A stretch of DNA of 64,000 bases from Candidatus Nomurabacteria bacterium. Lineage in GTDB: Bacteria > Patescibacteriota > Minisyncoccia > Phycocordibacterales > UBA9973. The stretch is from positions 604,619 to 668,618 of the forward strand of contig CP064958.1 of NCBI GenBank assembly GCA_016699085.1, in the 5' to 3' direction. Below, one piece after another: positions 1-9,261 of the stretch. A program made the position numbers and the translations under genes. Every line of letters starts with the position of its first letter. The first letter of the stretch is position 1. Below the pieces are notes generated by a model. That model saw nothing but the letters and a program-made list of their open reading frames with translations. It was not told where the DNA came from and did not search any database.

Positions 1-3000
1 GTGTATACCATGACATTAACAGCACAAACATTAAGTGGCACCAAAACAGTTAGTGATTCATTTGAGACGAAGTCATCTCCTTTGTTTGATGTGGTGCGGA
101 CAGGACCAACAAGAATAAATCCAACCGCAGGGTATCCAGTAACGATTGATATTATTCCTAAAAAAAATTGGGAAGGGGTGATCACTGAAAGAGTGCCTTC
201 TGATTTTACTATTTCACCACCAATAAGAAGTATTTCATACGATACTGTTGAAACTCTAAATAATGAAAAGATACTTACGTGGAATGTATCACTTGTTAAA
301 GGCAAGAAAACAACTATTGGCTATTACTTTGATGCTCCAGACGAAAGTCCGCAATTTTATCTCCTTGGACCACTTACATTTGAGCTTGCTTCAACAGAAG
401 ACACAAAAGCGACAACAGTATTTAAGGAGGCACGACAATGGCAAATTGCAAGTGACGTTGCGACTGTCGTACTTTTAACGACTGGTACGAGCTGGAGTGT
501 GCCTGTAGACTTTGATCCAGCAAATAATACTATTGAAGGCATTGGTGGCGGTGGCGGCGGTGGTGGCGGAACAAATGGGACAGGAGCACAGGGTCGTGGA
601 GGTGGAGGAGCTGGTGGAGGAGGTGAATATAGAAAAATTTCGAATTTCAATCCAGGCGGTGCTGGATCAATATCATATGTAATTGGTCAAGGTGGTAGTT
701 TTGGTGCAGCAAATGCAAGTGGTAGTAGTGGTACTGATACGACATGGAATAGTACATCACTCGTAGCTAAGGCGGGTCTTTTAGGTGCAAATACAGGAGC
801 AGGTACAGGAGGTACTGGGGGCGCAGGGGGCACTGGTGGCACAGGAGCTGCAGGGAATAATGATGGTGGTAAGGGTGGCAAAGGTGGGAATCGAAGTGTT
901 ACATTAGGTGGAGGTGGAGGTGGAGGTGGAGGAGCTGGCGGAACAAGTGCTGTCGGAGCTGGAGGAACAAACGGTACTGCTGGTAGTACTGGGGGCGCAG
1001 GAGGTGCTGGGGGTAATGCTTCTGGTGGAACAGCAGGAACGAGTAATGGAGGAGCTGGAGGAGCTGGTACTGTTTGGACCGATAACTCAGGTGGTGCTAA
1101 TAATGGCGTACAAGGTGGAGCTGGTGGTGGCGGTGGAGGAGGACTTGCCGGTGCTGGTGCCGGTGGCGCATCAGGTACGGCTGGTAATTATGGAGCTGGC
1201 GGTGGCGGTGGAGCCGGTGGAGGTTCAGGTTCTTCAGCTGGAAGTGCTGGTACTACAGGAGCAAACGGTATTATTGCTGTTACCTATACTCCGTTTACTA
1301 TTTCGGGTACTGCAAACGGTAATGATACTGCCACTGTAAGAGTTGCTATTAATGGAACTTTACAAGCTCAAACAGGAACTATTTCTGCTAGTGCCTGGTC
1401 TATTAGTGGAGTTACTTTACCAACGTCTGGAGATATTATTACTGTTTGGGTAGATAACGTAACTGATGCAAATGAATCAACTGCTGTAACCATATGGAGC
1501 TCGGGTAGTGTTTCTAGTATGTTGCTAAACACAAATTTTTTAACAATTGGAAGTAATCAAAATACAAGTTTGACGGTCACTAATCTTGGTCAATATGATT
1601 CTGATAATGACGAAGATATTATGCACACCGCAAATAGTGGCGCTTTCTTAGTGCAAGCAGCTGGCAATACGTATACAGGGGAAACTGTTACAATCGCTTC
1701 AAGTAATACACTAACAGTTAGTACGAGTGAATCACTTACAACAGAAAAAATGATTATAAGTGGGACAGTCACTTCATCTGGTACTGCTACGTATACATTT
1801 ACAGGGACAACAGGGACACTCCTTACTAGAACTGGAACATTCACTCAAAGTAATTCAACGGTTAATATTACATCAGCATCTGGAACACCAACATTGCTGT
1901 CTGCTGCGGTCACGTTTCATATTCTTACTATTAATGCAGCTGCAACAGTCATAAATGCAGGTGCCGTCATAACTATCGAAGACACAAGTGGATCTTTGCT
2001 CTATATCCAAACTGGAGTACTCAATGATGATGGTTTAGGAATATCAACTTCGGCTTCTACCACCAATACATTGCAAATTGATTCTGGAGGTACGCTGTGT
2101 TTAGGTGGATCAAGCTCAAATACATCTGCAACTTGCAACACTGGTACTGTATCAACAACGACAAGGTCTATGCCAGCATTTAGTACGTATACATTAAATG
2201 CTTCTTCGACTGTTATTTATTTATCAGATGCGGACACAACTATTTCATCTACACCAACATATGGTAATTTGAAATTACAGCCAAAATTCGTAACTACTGC
2301 ACGTACATATACCTTAAATGGCGCTATGACCGTTAATGGTAATTTTGATATAAATCCCGAAGAATCGGGTGCGGGCACACCTGCACTTACAGTTAATGCC
2401 GGAGGTACCATTACAGTAGCGACAACAAAAACAATAACTCTAACAAGATCAAATAGTTCAAGTAGTTCTCTTGATCTAAGACCTTCATCAACTGATTACG
2501 ATCTTTCGGCTGGGTTCTTGGTGGTAGCCACTAGTGGTACTCTAGATGCAGGAAGTGCTTCATCTGCTATTACACTTACTGGTACTTCTGGAACGCTATT
2601 TACAAAAGCGGGTACCTTCACGCAAGGTACTTCTGAGGTAATTATAACGAGTGCGTCAGGTACGCCGACCTTGCTCTCGGCTGCAACAACATTCCATAAG
2701 TTGACTATTAATAGTACGGCAACCGTGATCAACGCTGGTGCTGTAATAACACTATCGAGTGCAGATGCTGCTAATAAACTTTATATTCAACAAGGTGTAT
2801 TAAATGATGGAGGTAATCAAATCGTTGGCACAGCAAATGGAACTATGCAAATAGATGCTAGTGCAATGCTTTGCATAAATGGCACTGCTGCAGGAACAAA
2901 TGCAACTTGTAATAGTGGTGCAACTATAGGTGGTGGATCAGGCGGATTCCCAACTAACTATACGAATGGCAATATTACCCTTGCAGTTACGTCTACTGTT

Positions 3001-5301
3001 TCATATTTGGGAAATGGTGGTCTGTCTATTTCATCTACACCGACGTATGGGAATCTTAAATTTAATCCAGTAATGGCTGGATCAAATAAAAGTTATACAT
3101 TTTCTGGCGCAACAACTATAAATGGGGATTTTACGATCCTACCTTCAGGTGCTGCATTAGAATTAAAAGTAAAATTAGGGGGCGATCTGACTGTGGCTGC
3201 AACTAAAACAACGACAATTTCAAATAGCGGGGTTCCAACATCTTTATTGCAGCTACGTCCCGTGAGTACAGATTATAATTTGACCACTGGTTTTTTGAAT
3301 GTCAGTAGTGGTTCCGAACTTGATGCAACTATCAGCTCATCGACTATTACTATTACGGGAACATCAGGTACGCTGTATACCAATGCTGGGACATTTGTTA
3401 ATGGAAGTACAGAAGTAAACTTTTCCGGTAATGGTAGTGCGACGATCAATTCTGGCAGTATTACCTTTAATAATTTTAGAAGTTCTGGTACTGGTACAAA
3501 AAGCCTTGGTGTTTCAGGAATTTCTGTTGCGAATAATATATTTATTACTGCAGGAACCTTTAATCCAAACGGAGTAGCCATATCAGGTTCAGGAATTAGT
3601 AATGTACTAACAGCGACAAATAGTACTCTATTGGTAGATCAAAATACAACGACTGCTTTTTCTGATAATTATTCAAGTATGGAAACAGTAACACTTGGTA
3701 CTGGTTCGACAGTTGACTACACGGGAAGTGGTTCGCAGACGATTAGTAGTTCATTCGGTTATGAAAATATAAAAACCTCAACAGGAGGCACCAAGACTTT
3801 AAATGGCACAACGGTGGCTAATGGATCAATTACCATTACTACATCAACACTTACGACAGCAGGTAATACACTGACCGCTCTGAGCATTTCGGTTGATGGG
3901 ACAAGTACATTTACTGCTAGTTCGACATCTACTGTCACGATTAACGGCACCACCGGACCAGTTTTTACGCTTACCTCGGGGGGTGCATTCAATGCAAATT
4001 CATCATCGTTTATCTTTGACGGCAATGCGAGTATGACGCTTCTTTCTGGTGCATTCACCGGTAGTAATGCATTTAATAATGTCACCTTCTCTCCGACAGT
4101 GTCGATTGGCGGTAATAAAACCTATACTCCAAGCTCTACAGCAGTAGAGATAAATGGTAATTTTATTATTAATCCTTCAGCATTGGCTGTCTCGACAACT
4201 TTGATAGTAAATTTAGCAGCAAATCTTACTGTCGCAACAAATAAAACGGTAACAATCCAAGGAACTGGCACTGGGTTAGGCAGGATTGATATACAATCAT
4301 TTGCTCTGAGTGCAGGTTCGATATCAATTGCATCAACTGGGACTATACTCGGTAATAGTGGGAATATTACCTTAGCTGAAAGCTGGACAAATAATGGAAC
4401 ATTTACTGCTGGAACATCAACAGTAACATTAAATAGTGGGACAACTGCAGTCGTAACCGGAACAACGACATTTTACAATCTCACTATTACCCATACGGCA
4501 GCCAAAGAGGTTGATTTTGCAACATCGGGCACCCCAATTTTTCACGTAACGAATGCATTTGTTGTTACGGGTAGTTCAGGTAATTTAATCAAACTGTACT
4601 CAGACTCTGCTGGTACTCAGTGGGAATTTCATCCTACAGGAACTGCTTCAGTTGATTATGCTGATGTCAAAGACGGCGGGTGTCAGTCGGGCGCTATAAC
4701 TATTTCACCGACAAACTCAACGAATAGTGGCAATAATGATCCTTGTTGGTTTTTTGGTACTGCAATATCATTTGATATTGATACAGCGCTCACCGATAGT
4801 GACTCAAATGCCCCATATAGTGTGGCACTGGGCGCTATTACAACATCTGATACGAGAGTATCAGGAAGTACTGATTCTATAAATTATATTTGGTTTGATG
4901 TATCTAGTTCTGCATCTGGTGGTGTAGTTATAACAGTTGTTAATACAAATGGCTCCAATGGTTTAGTTTCTACTTCAGTACCAGCAGATAACATAAATAG
5001 TGCTGACGGTTCTGTCGCAGATGGTACCGAAAATTACGGATTGTGTATTGTTGCGGTTTCAGCAGTGTCAGGCACACTGGATGATGAAGGAGGGTATGAT
5101 GGAGATACGTGTGCAGGTGACAGCGAAACCAATAATGTGCAACAGTTAACATCCACCGGTGAAATTTTATTTGATACAAATGGAGCCCCTATTACTACAG
5201 GTAGGGCACAAATCTCAGTTAATGCTTCAATAAGTGCCACAACTCCGGCACATGATAATTACACGGATACCTTGACCTTTATTGCAACTGGAACATTTTA
5301 A
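1..5301 (+). CDS. Giant secreted/surface protein, 5'-truncated at window edge. It has a Gly-rich low-complexity segment, three tandem ~270-aa Thr/Ser-rich β-helix-like modules, and a ~170-aa C-terminal domain shared with the downstream 379-aa protein.
   Basis: One continuous 1766-aa ORF from base 1; GGxGG-type low complexity at roughly aa 180-420; three internally repeated modules (...TGTSGTL(F/Y)T.AGTF..S.V.I.SASGTPTLLSAA.TFH.LTIN..ATVINAGAVIT...); C-terminal 170 aa about 55% identical to the C-terminus of ORF 5438..6577. Confidence 0.8.
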   Translation: MYTMTLTAQTLSGTKTVSDSFETKSSPLFDVVRTGPTRINPTAGYPVTIDIIPKKNWEGVITERVPSDFTISPPIRSISYDTVETLNNEKILTWNVSLVKGKKTTIGYYFDAPDESPQFYLLGPLTFELASTEDTKATTVFKEARQWQIASDVATVVLLTTGTSWSVPVDFDPANNTIEGIGGGGGGGGGTNGTGAQGRGGGGAGGGGEYRKISNFNPGGAGSISYVIGQGGSFGAANASGSSGTDTTWNSTSLVAKAGLLGANTGAGTGGTGGAGGTGGTGAAGNNDGGKGGKGGNRSVTLGGGGGGGGGAGGTSAVGAGGTNGTAGSTGGAGGAGGNASGGTAGTSNGGAGGAGTVWTDNSGGANNGVQGGAGGGGGGGLAGAGAGGASGTAGNYGAGGGGGAGGGSGSSAGSAGTTGANGIIAVTYTPFTISGTANGNDTATVRVAINGTLQAQTGTISASAWSISGVTLPTSGDIITVWVDNVTDANESTAVTIWSSGSVSSMLLNTNFLTIGSNQNTSLTVTNLGQYDSDNDEDIMHTANSGAFLVQAAGNTYTGETVTIASSNTLTVSTSESLTTEKMIISGTVTSSGTATYTFTGTTGTLLTRTGTFTQSNSTVNITSASGTPTLLSAAVTFHILTINAAATVINAGAVITIEDTSGSLLYIQTGVLNDDGLGISTSASTTNTLQIDSGGTLCLGGSSSNTSATCNTGTVSTTTRSMPAFSTYTLNASSTVIYLSDADTTISSTPTYGNLKLQPKFVTTARTYTLNGAMTVNGNFDINPEESGAGTPALTVNAGGTITVATTKTITLTRSNSSSSSLDLRPSSTDYDLSAGFLVVATSGTLDAGSASSAITLTGTSGTLFTKAGTFTQGTSEVIITSASGTPTLLSAATTFHKLTINSTATVINAGAVITLSSADAANKLYIQQGVLNDGGNQIVGTANGTMQIDASAMLCINGTAAGTNATCNSGATIGGGSGGFPTNYTNGNITLAVTSTVSYLGNGGLSISSTPTYGNLKFNPVMAGSNKSYTFSGATTINGDFTILPSGAALELKVKLGGDLTVAATKTTTISNSGVPTSLLQLRPVSTDYNLTTGFLNVSSGSELDATISSSTITITGTSGTLYTNAGTFVNGSTEVNFSGNGSATINSGSITFNNFRSSGTGTKSLGVSGISVANNIFITAGTFNPNGVAISGSGISNVLTATNSTLLVDQNTTTAFSDNYSSMETVTLGTGSTVDYTGSGSQTISSSFGYENIKTSTGGTKTLNGTTVANGSITITTSTLTTAGNTLTALSISVDGTSTFTASSTSTVTINGTTGPVFTLTSGGAFNANSSSFIFDGNASMTLLSGAFTGSNAFNNVTFSPTVSIGGNKTYTPSSTAVEINGNFIINPSALAVSTTLIVNLAANLTVATNKTVTIQGTGTGLGRIDIQSFALSAGSISIASTGTILGNSGNITLAESWTNNGTFTAGTSTVTLNSGTTAVVTGTTTFYNLTITHTAAKEVDFATSGTPIFHVTNAFVVTGSSGNLIKLYSDSAGTQWEFHPTGTASVDYADVKDGGCQSGAITISPTNSTNSGNNDPCWFFGTAISFDIDTALTDSDSNAPYSVALGAITTSDTRVSGSTDSINYIWFDVSSSASGGVVITVVNTNGSNGLVSTSVPADNINSADGSVADGTENYGLCIVAVSAVSGTLDDEGGYDGDTCAGDSETNNVQQLTSTGEILFDTNGAPITTGRAQISVNASISATTPAHDNYTDTLTFIATGTF

Positions 5302-5437
5302 AAAAATAATAATTTTTGTTGGCAAATTATGATGGTAGTATGGACTGTGGATAACCCATATTGTGGATTTAGATGTTTTTTTGTGTTAAAATAATAGCAC
5401 CTACGAAAATTTATTAACTATTTCATTTCTCTATATT

Positions 5438-6577
5438 ATGAAAAGTATGCGCAGGTCTTTGGTTTTATTAGTTATACTAGCTGTTATTTTAAGTACGACT
5501 TATTATCCGTATCCTCATCTTGTTGAAGCAGCGTCAATTACTAGTGCAAAAGCAACATTTGGTAGATTAAAAGCAAGTACTGCCAATGAATTTGGTACCA
5601 TCGAATTTGCAACTCCATCAGGTATTCAGACCGGCGGTGCTGATACTATTTCATTTACATTTAGTGCTGATTTTACTCTAGCCGCTGAAGTTGCCAATAA
5701 CTACGATATCGAGCTTGGTGATAGTGCAACTTGTTCGAGTGCTACCTATACAGATGAAGTTGTGGCGCTTTCACCATCTGCGACTGATTGGGGGCTTGAT
5801 ATTACAGGTCAGGTAATCACACTTAGTCCTGAAACGGACCAGGTCCTTACGGCTGGTTTTTGTATGCGACTTGTTTGGGGTACAGCTGCAACAACTGGTG
5901 CGACAGGTTCATCGAGTACGATTACAAACGGTGCAGTGGATGATGATGATACCATTACGATTGGAGGCGTTTTTGGTGATAGTGGAACAATAACTGTGGA
6001 TATTATTGATGATGATCAAGTCAGTGTTACTGCATCAGTTAATCAATCCATTACGTTTGACCTTGATGCAACAGTAGCTGATGGCGAGACAAATACGCCG
6101 TATTCTGTGGCACTTGGAACTATTACAACGACAGACACAAGAGTTTCTGGATCAACGGATACTGTGAACATGATTGTTGCTGAAGCAGACACCAATGCTA
6201 GTGGAGGCTTGGTTGTGACAGTCAGAAATGCTAATGGATCAAATGGTCTAGTTTCAACTTCTGTCCCAGCAGATAATATAAATAGTGCTGACGCTGCAAT
6301 GATTGACGGAACAGAAAATTACGGACTATGTGTTATCACTGCTGGTCTAAGTGGCTTTACAATTGCGACCCCCTATGCGACTAATACCTGTGCTACCAAC
6401 TCAGAAACAAATGACGTTGAAGCTCTAACAACAACAGGTGAGAGTATTCTAAGTACAACTGCCCCAGTAGCAGCGGCCCATGCAGAAATTTCAGTTAATG
6501 CTGCAATATCAGGCACTACAGTTGCTCATTCTGACTATACTGATACCCTTACCTTTATTGCCACGGCCACATTCTAA
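5438..6577 (+). CDS. Secreted protein (379 aa). N-terminal signal peptide; C-terminal ~170-aa domain homologous to the C-terminus of the giant protein, both ending ...YTDTLTFIAT(G/A)TF.
   Basis: ORF with hydrophobic N-terminus MKSMRRSLVLLVILAVIL; C-terminal alignment to ORF 1..5301 read directly from the translations. Confidence 0.75.
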   Translation: MKSMRRSLVLLVILAVILSTTYYPYPHLVEAASITSAKATFGRLKASTANEFGTIEFATPSGIQTGGADTISFTFSADFTLAAEVANNYDIELGDSATCSSATYTDEVVALSPSATDWGLDITGQVITLSPETDQVLTAGFCMRLVWGTAATTGATGSSSTITNGAVDDDDTITIGGVFGDSGTITVDIIDDDQVSVTASVNQSITFDLDATVADGETNTPYSVALGTITTTDTRVSGSTDTVNMIVAEADTNASGGLVVTVRNANGSNGLVSTSVPADNINSADAAMIDGTENYGLCVITAGLSGFTIATPYATNTCATNSETNDVEALTTTGESILSTTAPVAAAHAEISVNAAISGTTVAHSDYTDTLTFIATATF

Positions 6578-6690
6578 TATCTTTTAATTATTTGATGAAT
6601 CACATTAAAAAAAAGAGAGTAATCACATTGCTTGTTGTATTGTTTTTTTCTATTGTAAGTTTTACAACAAAAGCTGAGGCCCTGTCTCTT

Positions 6691-6906
6691 TGAAGGAGGG
6701 TATGATGGAGATACGTGTGCAGGTGACAGCGAAACCAATAATGTGCAACAGTTAACATCCACCGGTGAAATTTTATTTGATACAAATGGAGCCCCTATTA
6801 CTACAGGTAGGGCACAAATCTCAGTTAATGCTTCAATAAGTGCCACAACTCCGGCACATGATAATTACACGGATACCTTGACCTTTATTGCAACTGGAAC
6901 ATTTTA
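6691..6906 (+). pseudogene. Duplicated 3'-terminal fragment (last ~72 codons) of the giant surface-protein gene, with no start codon. It is part of the tandem duplication.
   Basis: Nucleotides 6691..6906 are identical to 5085..5301; no in-frame ATG. Confidence 0.8.
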
Positions 6907-7043
6907 AAAAAATAATAATTTTTGTTGGCAAATTATGATGGTAGTATGGACTGTGGATAACCCATATTGTGGATTTAGATGTTTTTTTGTGTTAAAATAA
7001 TAGCACCTACGAAAATTTATTAACTATTTCATTTCTCTATATT

Positions 7044-8185
7044 ATGAAAAGTATGCGCAGGTCTTTGGTTTTATTAGTTATACTAGCTGTTATTTTAAGT
7101 ACGACTTATTATCCGTATCCTCATCTTGTTGAAGCAGCGTCAATTACTAGTGCAAAAGCAACATTTGGTAGATTAAAAGCAAGTACTGCCAATGAATTTG
7201 GTACCATCGAATTTGCAACTCCATCAGGTATTCAGACCGGCGGTGCTGATACTATTTCATTTACATTTAGTGCTGATTTTACTCTAGCCGCTGAAGTTGC
7301 CAATAACTACGATATCGAGCTTGGTGATAGTGCAACTTGTTCGAGTGCTACCTATACAGATGAAGTTGTGGCGCTTTCACCATCTGCGACTGATTGGGGG
7401 CTTGATATTACAGGTCAGGTAATCACACTTAGTCCTGAAACGGACCAGGTCCTTACGGCTGGTTTTTTGTATGCGACTTGTTTGGGGTACAGCTGCAACA
7501 ACTGGTGCGACAGGTTCATCGAGTACGATTACAAACGGTGCAGTGGATGATGATGATACCATTACGATTGGAGGCGTTTTTGGTGATAGTGGAACAATAA
7601 CTGTGGATATTATTGATGATGATCAAGTCAGTGTTACTGCATCAGTTAATCAATCCATTACGTTTGACCTTGATGCAACAGTAGCTGATGGCGAGACAAA
7701 TACGCCGTATTCTGTGGCACTTGGAACTATTACAACGACAGACACAAGAGTTTCTGGATCAACGGATACTGTGAACATGATTGTTGCTGAAGCAGACACC
7801 AATGCTAGTGGAGGCTTGGTTGTGACAGTCAGAAATGCTAATGGATCAAATGGTCTAGTTTCAACTTCTGTCCCAGCAGATAATATAAATAGTGCTGACG
7901 CTGCAATGATTGACGGAACAGAAAATTACGGACTATGTGTTATCACTGCTGGTCTAAGTGGCTTTACAATTGCGACCCCCCTATGCGACTAATACCTGTG
8001 CTACCAACTCAGAAACAAATGACGTTGAAGCTCTAACAACAACAGGTGAGAGTATTCTAAGTACAACTGCCCCAGTAGCAGCGGCCCATGCAGAAATTTC
8101 AGTTAATGCTGCAATATCAGGCACTACAGTTGCTCATTCTGACTATACTGATACCCTTACCTTTATTGCCACGGCCACATTCTAA
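7044..8185 (+). pseudogene. Frameshifted duplicate of the 379-aa secreted-protein gene (copy of 5438..6577). Two single-base homopolymer insertions split it into three ORFs.
   Basis: Identical to 5438..6577 except T6 becomes T7 near 7467 and C5 becomes C6 near 7977; the ORF track shows three overlapping fragments 7044..7550, 7471..7992, 7958..8185. Confidence 0.8.
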
Positions 8186-8199
8186 TATCTTTTAATTAT

Positions 8200-9261
8200 T
8201 TGATGAATCACATTAAAAAAAAGAGAGTAATCACATTGCTTGTTGTATTGTTTTTTTCTATTGTAAGTTTTACAACAAAAGCTGAGGCCCTGTCTCTTTC
8301 TCCTGTGCGATTTGAGCTTTCTGCTGACCCTGGAACCGTGATAAAAGATGAAATGGTATTACTCAATGAGACTGATACCACTGAAACATTTTATGCATCA
8401 TTCTCAAATTTCGAGGCACAAGGCGAGAGTGGAAGTCCTAGCTTTTTGGAGCCAACAGAAGGTCTCGGTACTTGGATTACTACGCAAGATAGTATTACGA
8501 TCCAAGGTGGTCAATCACAGATAGTTCCTTTTGAGATTACTGTGCCAAGCAATGCTCCTGCTGGGGGTAATTTTGCAGCAATTTTTTGGTCAACTAGTCC
8601 TCCAGTTGATGGTAGTGACTCTGTTATTATTGGTGCAAAAACAGGTATATTAGTCCTACTATCAGTCAATGGAGACGTAAAAGTTGCGGGTGGTATTAAT
8701 GACTTTGATACTCTAGGGGGTCAACATTACTTTGAATCATTGCCTATTGATTTTATATATCATTTTCACAATGAAGGTGGCGATAGAATAAAGCCAGACG
8801 GAAATATTATTATTAAGAATATGCTTGGTTTGACCACTCTTATTCCTGCCAATAAGGTTGAGGGGAATGTGCTTCCAAATCAAACTAGAAAATTTGAAGT
8901 ATTGTGGCAAGGTAAAGGTAGTCATTCAGTTAGTGAAGCCCAAGCAATCAGTGGATTTTTTAATAAAGCAAGATACGAATGGCAAAATTTTGCTATTGGC
9001 CGATATAAAGCTACATTATCGCTCATCTATGGCACCGTAACCGAGCCAGTAACCAAGTCAACTGTCCTTTGGGTTTTTCCATGGCACTTCCTGCTTATTT
9101 TTACCATAGTACTTCTCTTGGTATTGTTTATACTAAGAAAACTAATACGCACCTACAATCATTGGATTATTAAGCAAGTTGAAAAGCGGATGGAAGCTCA
9201 AGCCGCAAAGGACGCTACAATTTCTCAAAAAACACCTAATGATATGGGCCCGCGGATATAA
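8200..9261 (+). CDS. Cell-surface protein with N-terminal signal peptide, ~300-aa extracellular domain and a C-terminal TM anchor followed by a basic tail. The architecture is reminiscent of DUF916-type anchor proteins that accompany surface-protein clusters (inference).
   Basis: MMNHIKKKRVITLLVVLFFSIVSF...KAEA signal; C-terminal hydrophobic helix VFPWHFLLIFTIVLLLVLFIL followed by RKLIRTY. Confidence 0.7.
   Translation: MMNHIKKKRVITLLVVLFFSIVSFTTKAEALSLSPVRFELSADPGTVIKDEMVLLNETDTTETFYASFSNFEAQGESGSPSFLEPTEGLGTWITTQDSITIQGGQSQIVPFEITVPSNAPAGGNFAAIFWSTSPPVDGSDSVIIGAKTGILVLLSVNGDVKVAGGINDFDTLGGQHYFESLPIDFIYHFHNEGGDRIKPDGNIIIKNMLGLTTLIPANKVEGNVLPNQTRKFEVLWQGKGSHSVSEAQAISGFFNKARYEWQNFAIGRYKATLSLIYGTVTEPVTKSTVLWVFPWHFLLIFTIVLLLVLFILRKLIRTYNHWIIKQVEKRMEAQAAKDATISQKTPNDMGPRI

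Noticed and set aside
357-1339. ORFs 357..650(-), 687..881(-), 908..1339(+) with Pro-rich or Val/Leu/Glu-rich translations.
   Set aside because: They are alternative-frame or antisense readings of the GGN-rich Gly tract of the giant gene (GGN antisense gives CCN = Pro); they lie entirely inside a much longer, coherent ORF.
6574-6846. Minus-strand ORFs 6574..6846 and 6600..6785, and their near-identical twins 4970..5240.
   Set aside because: They are antisense shadows inside the duplicated 3' end of the giant gene; their duplication simply reflects the 1.6-kb tandem repeat.
5085-8298. Considered whether the repeated blocks could be a CRISPR array or an IS element.
   Set aside because: There are only two copies of a 1.6-kb unit containing a complete protein-coding gene. 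There are no short regular repeats with spacers, no terminal inverted repeats and no transposase.
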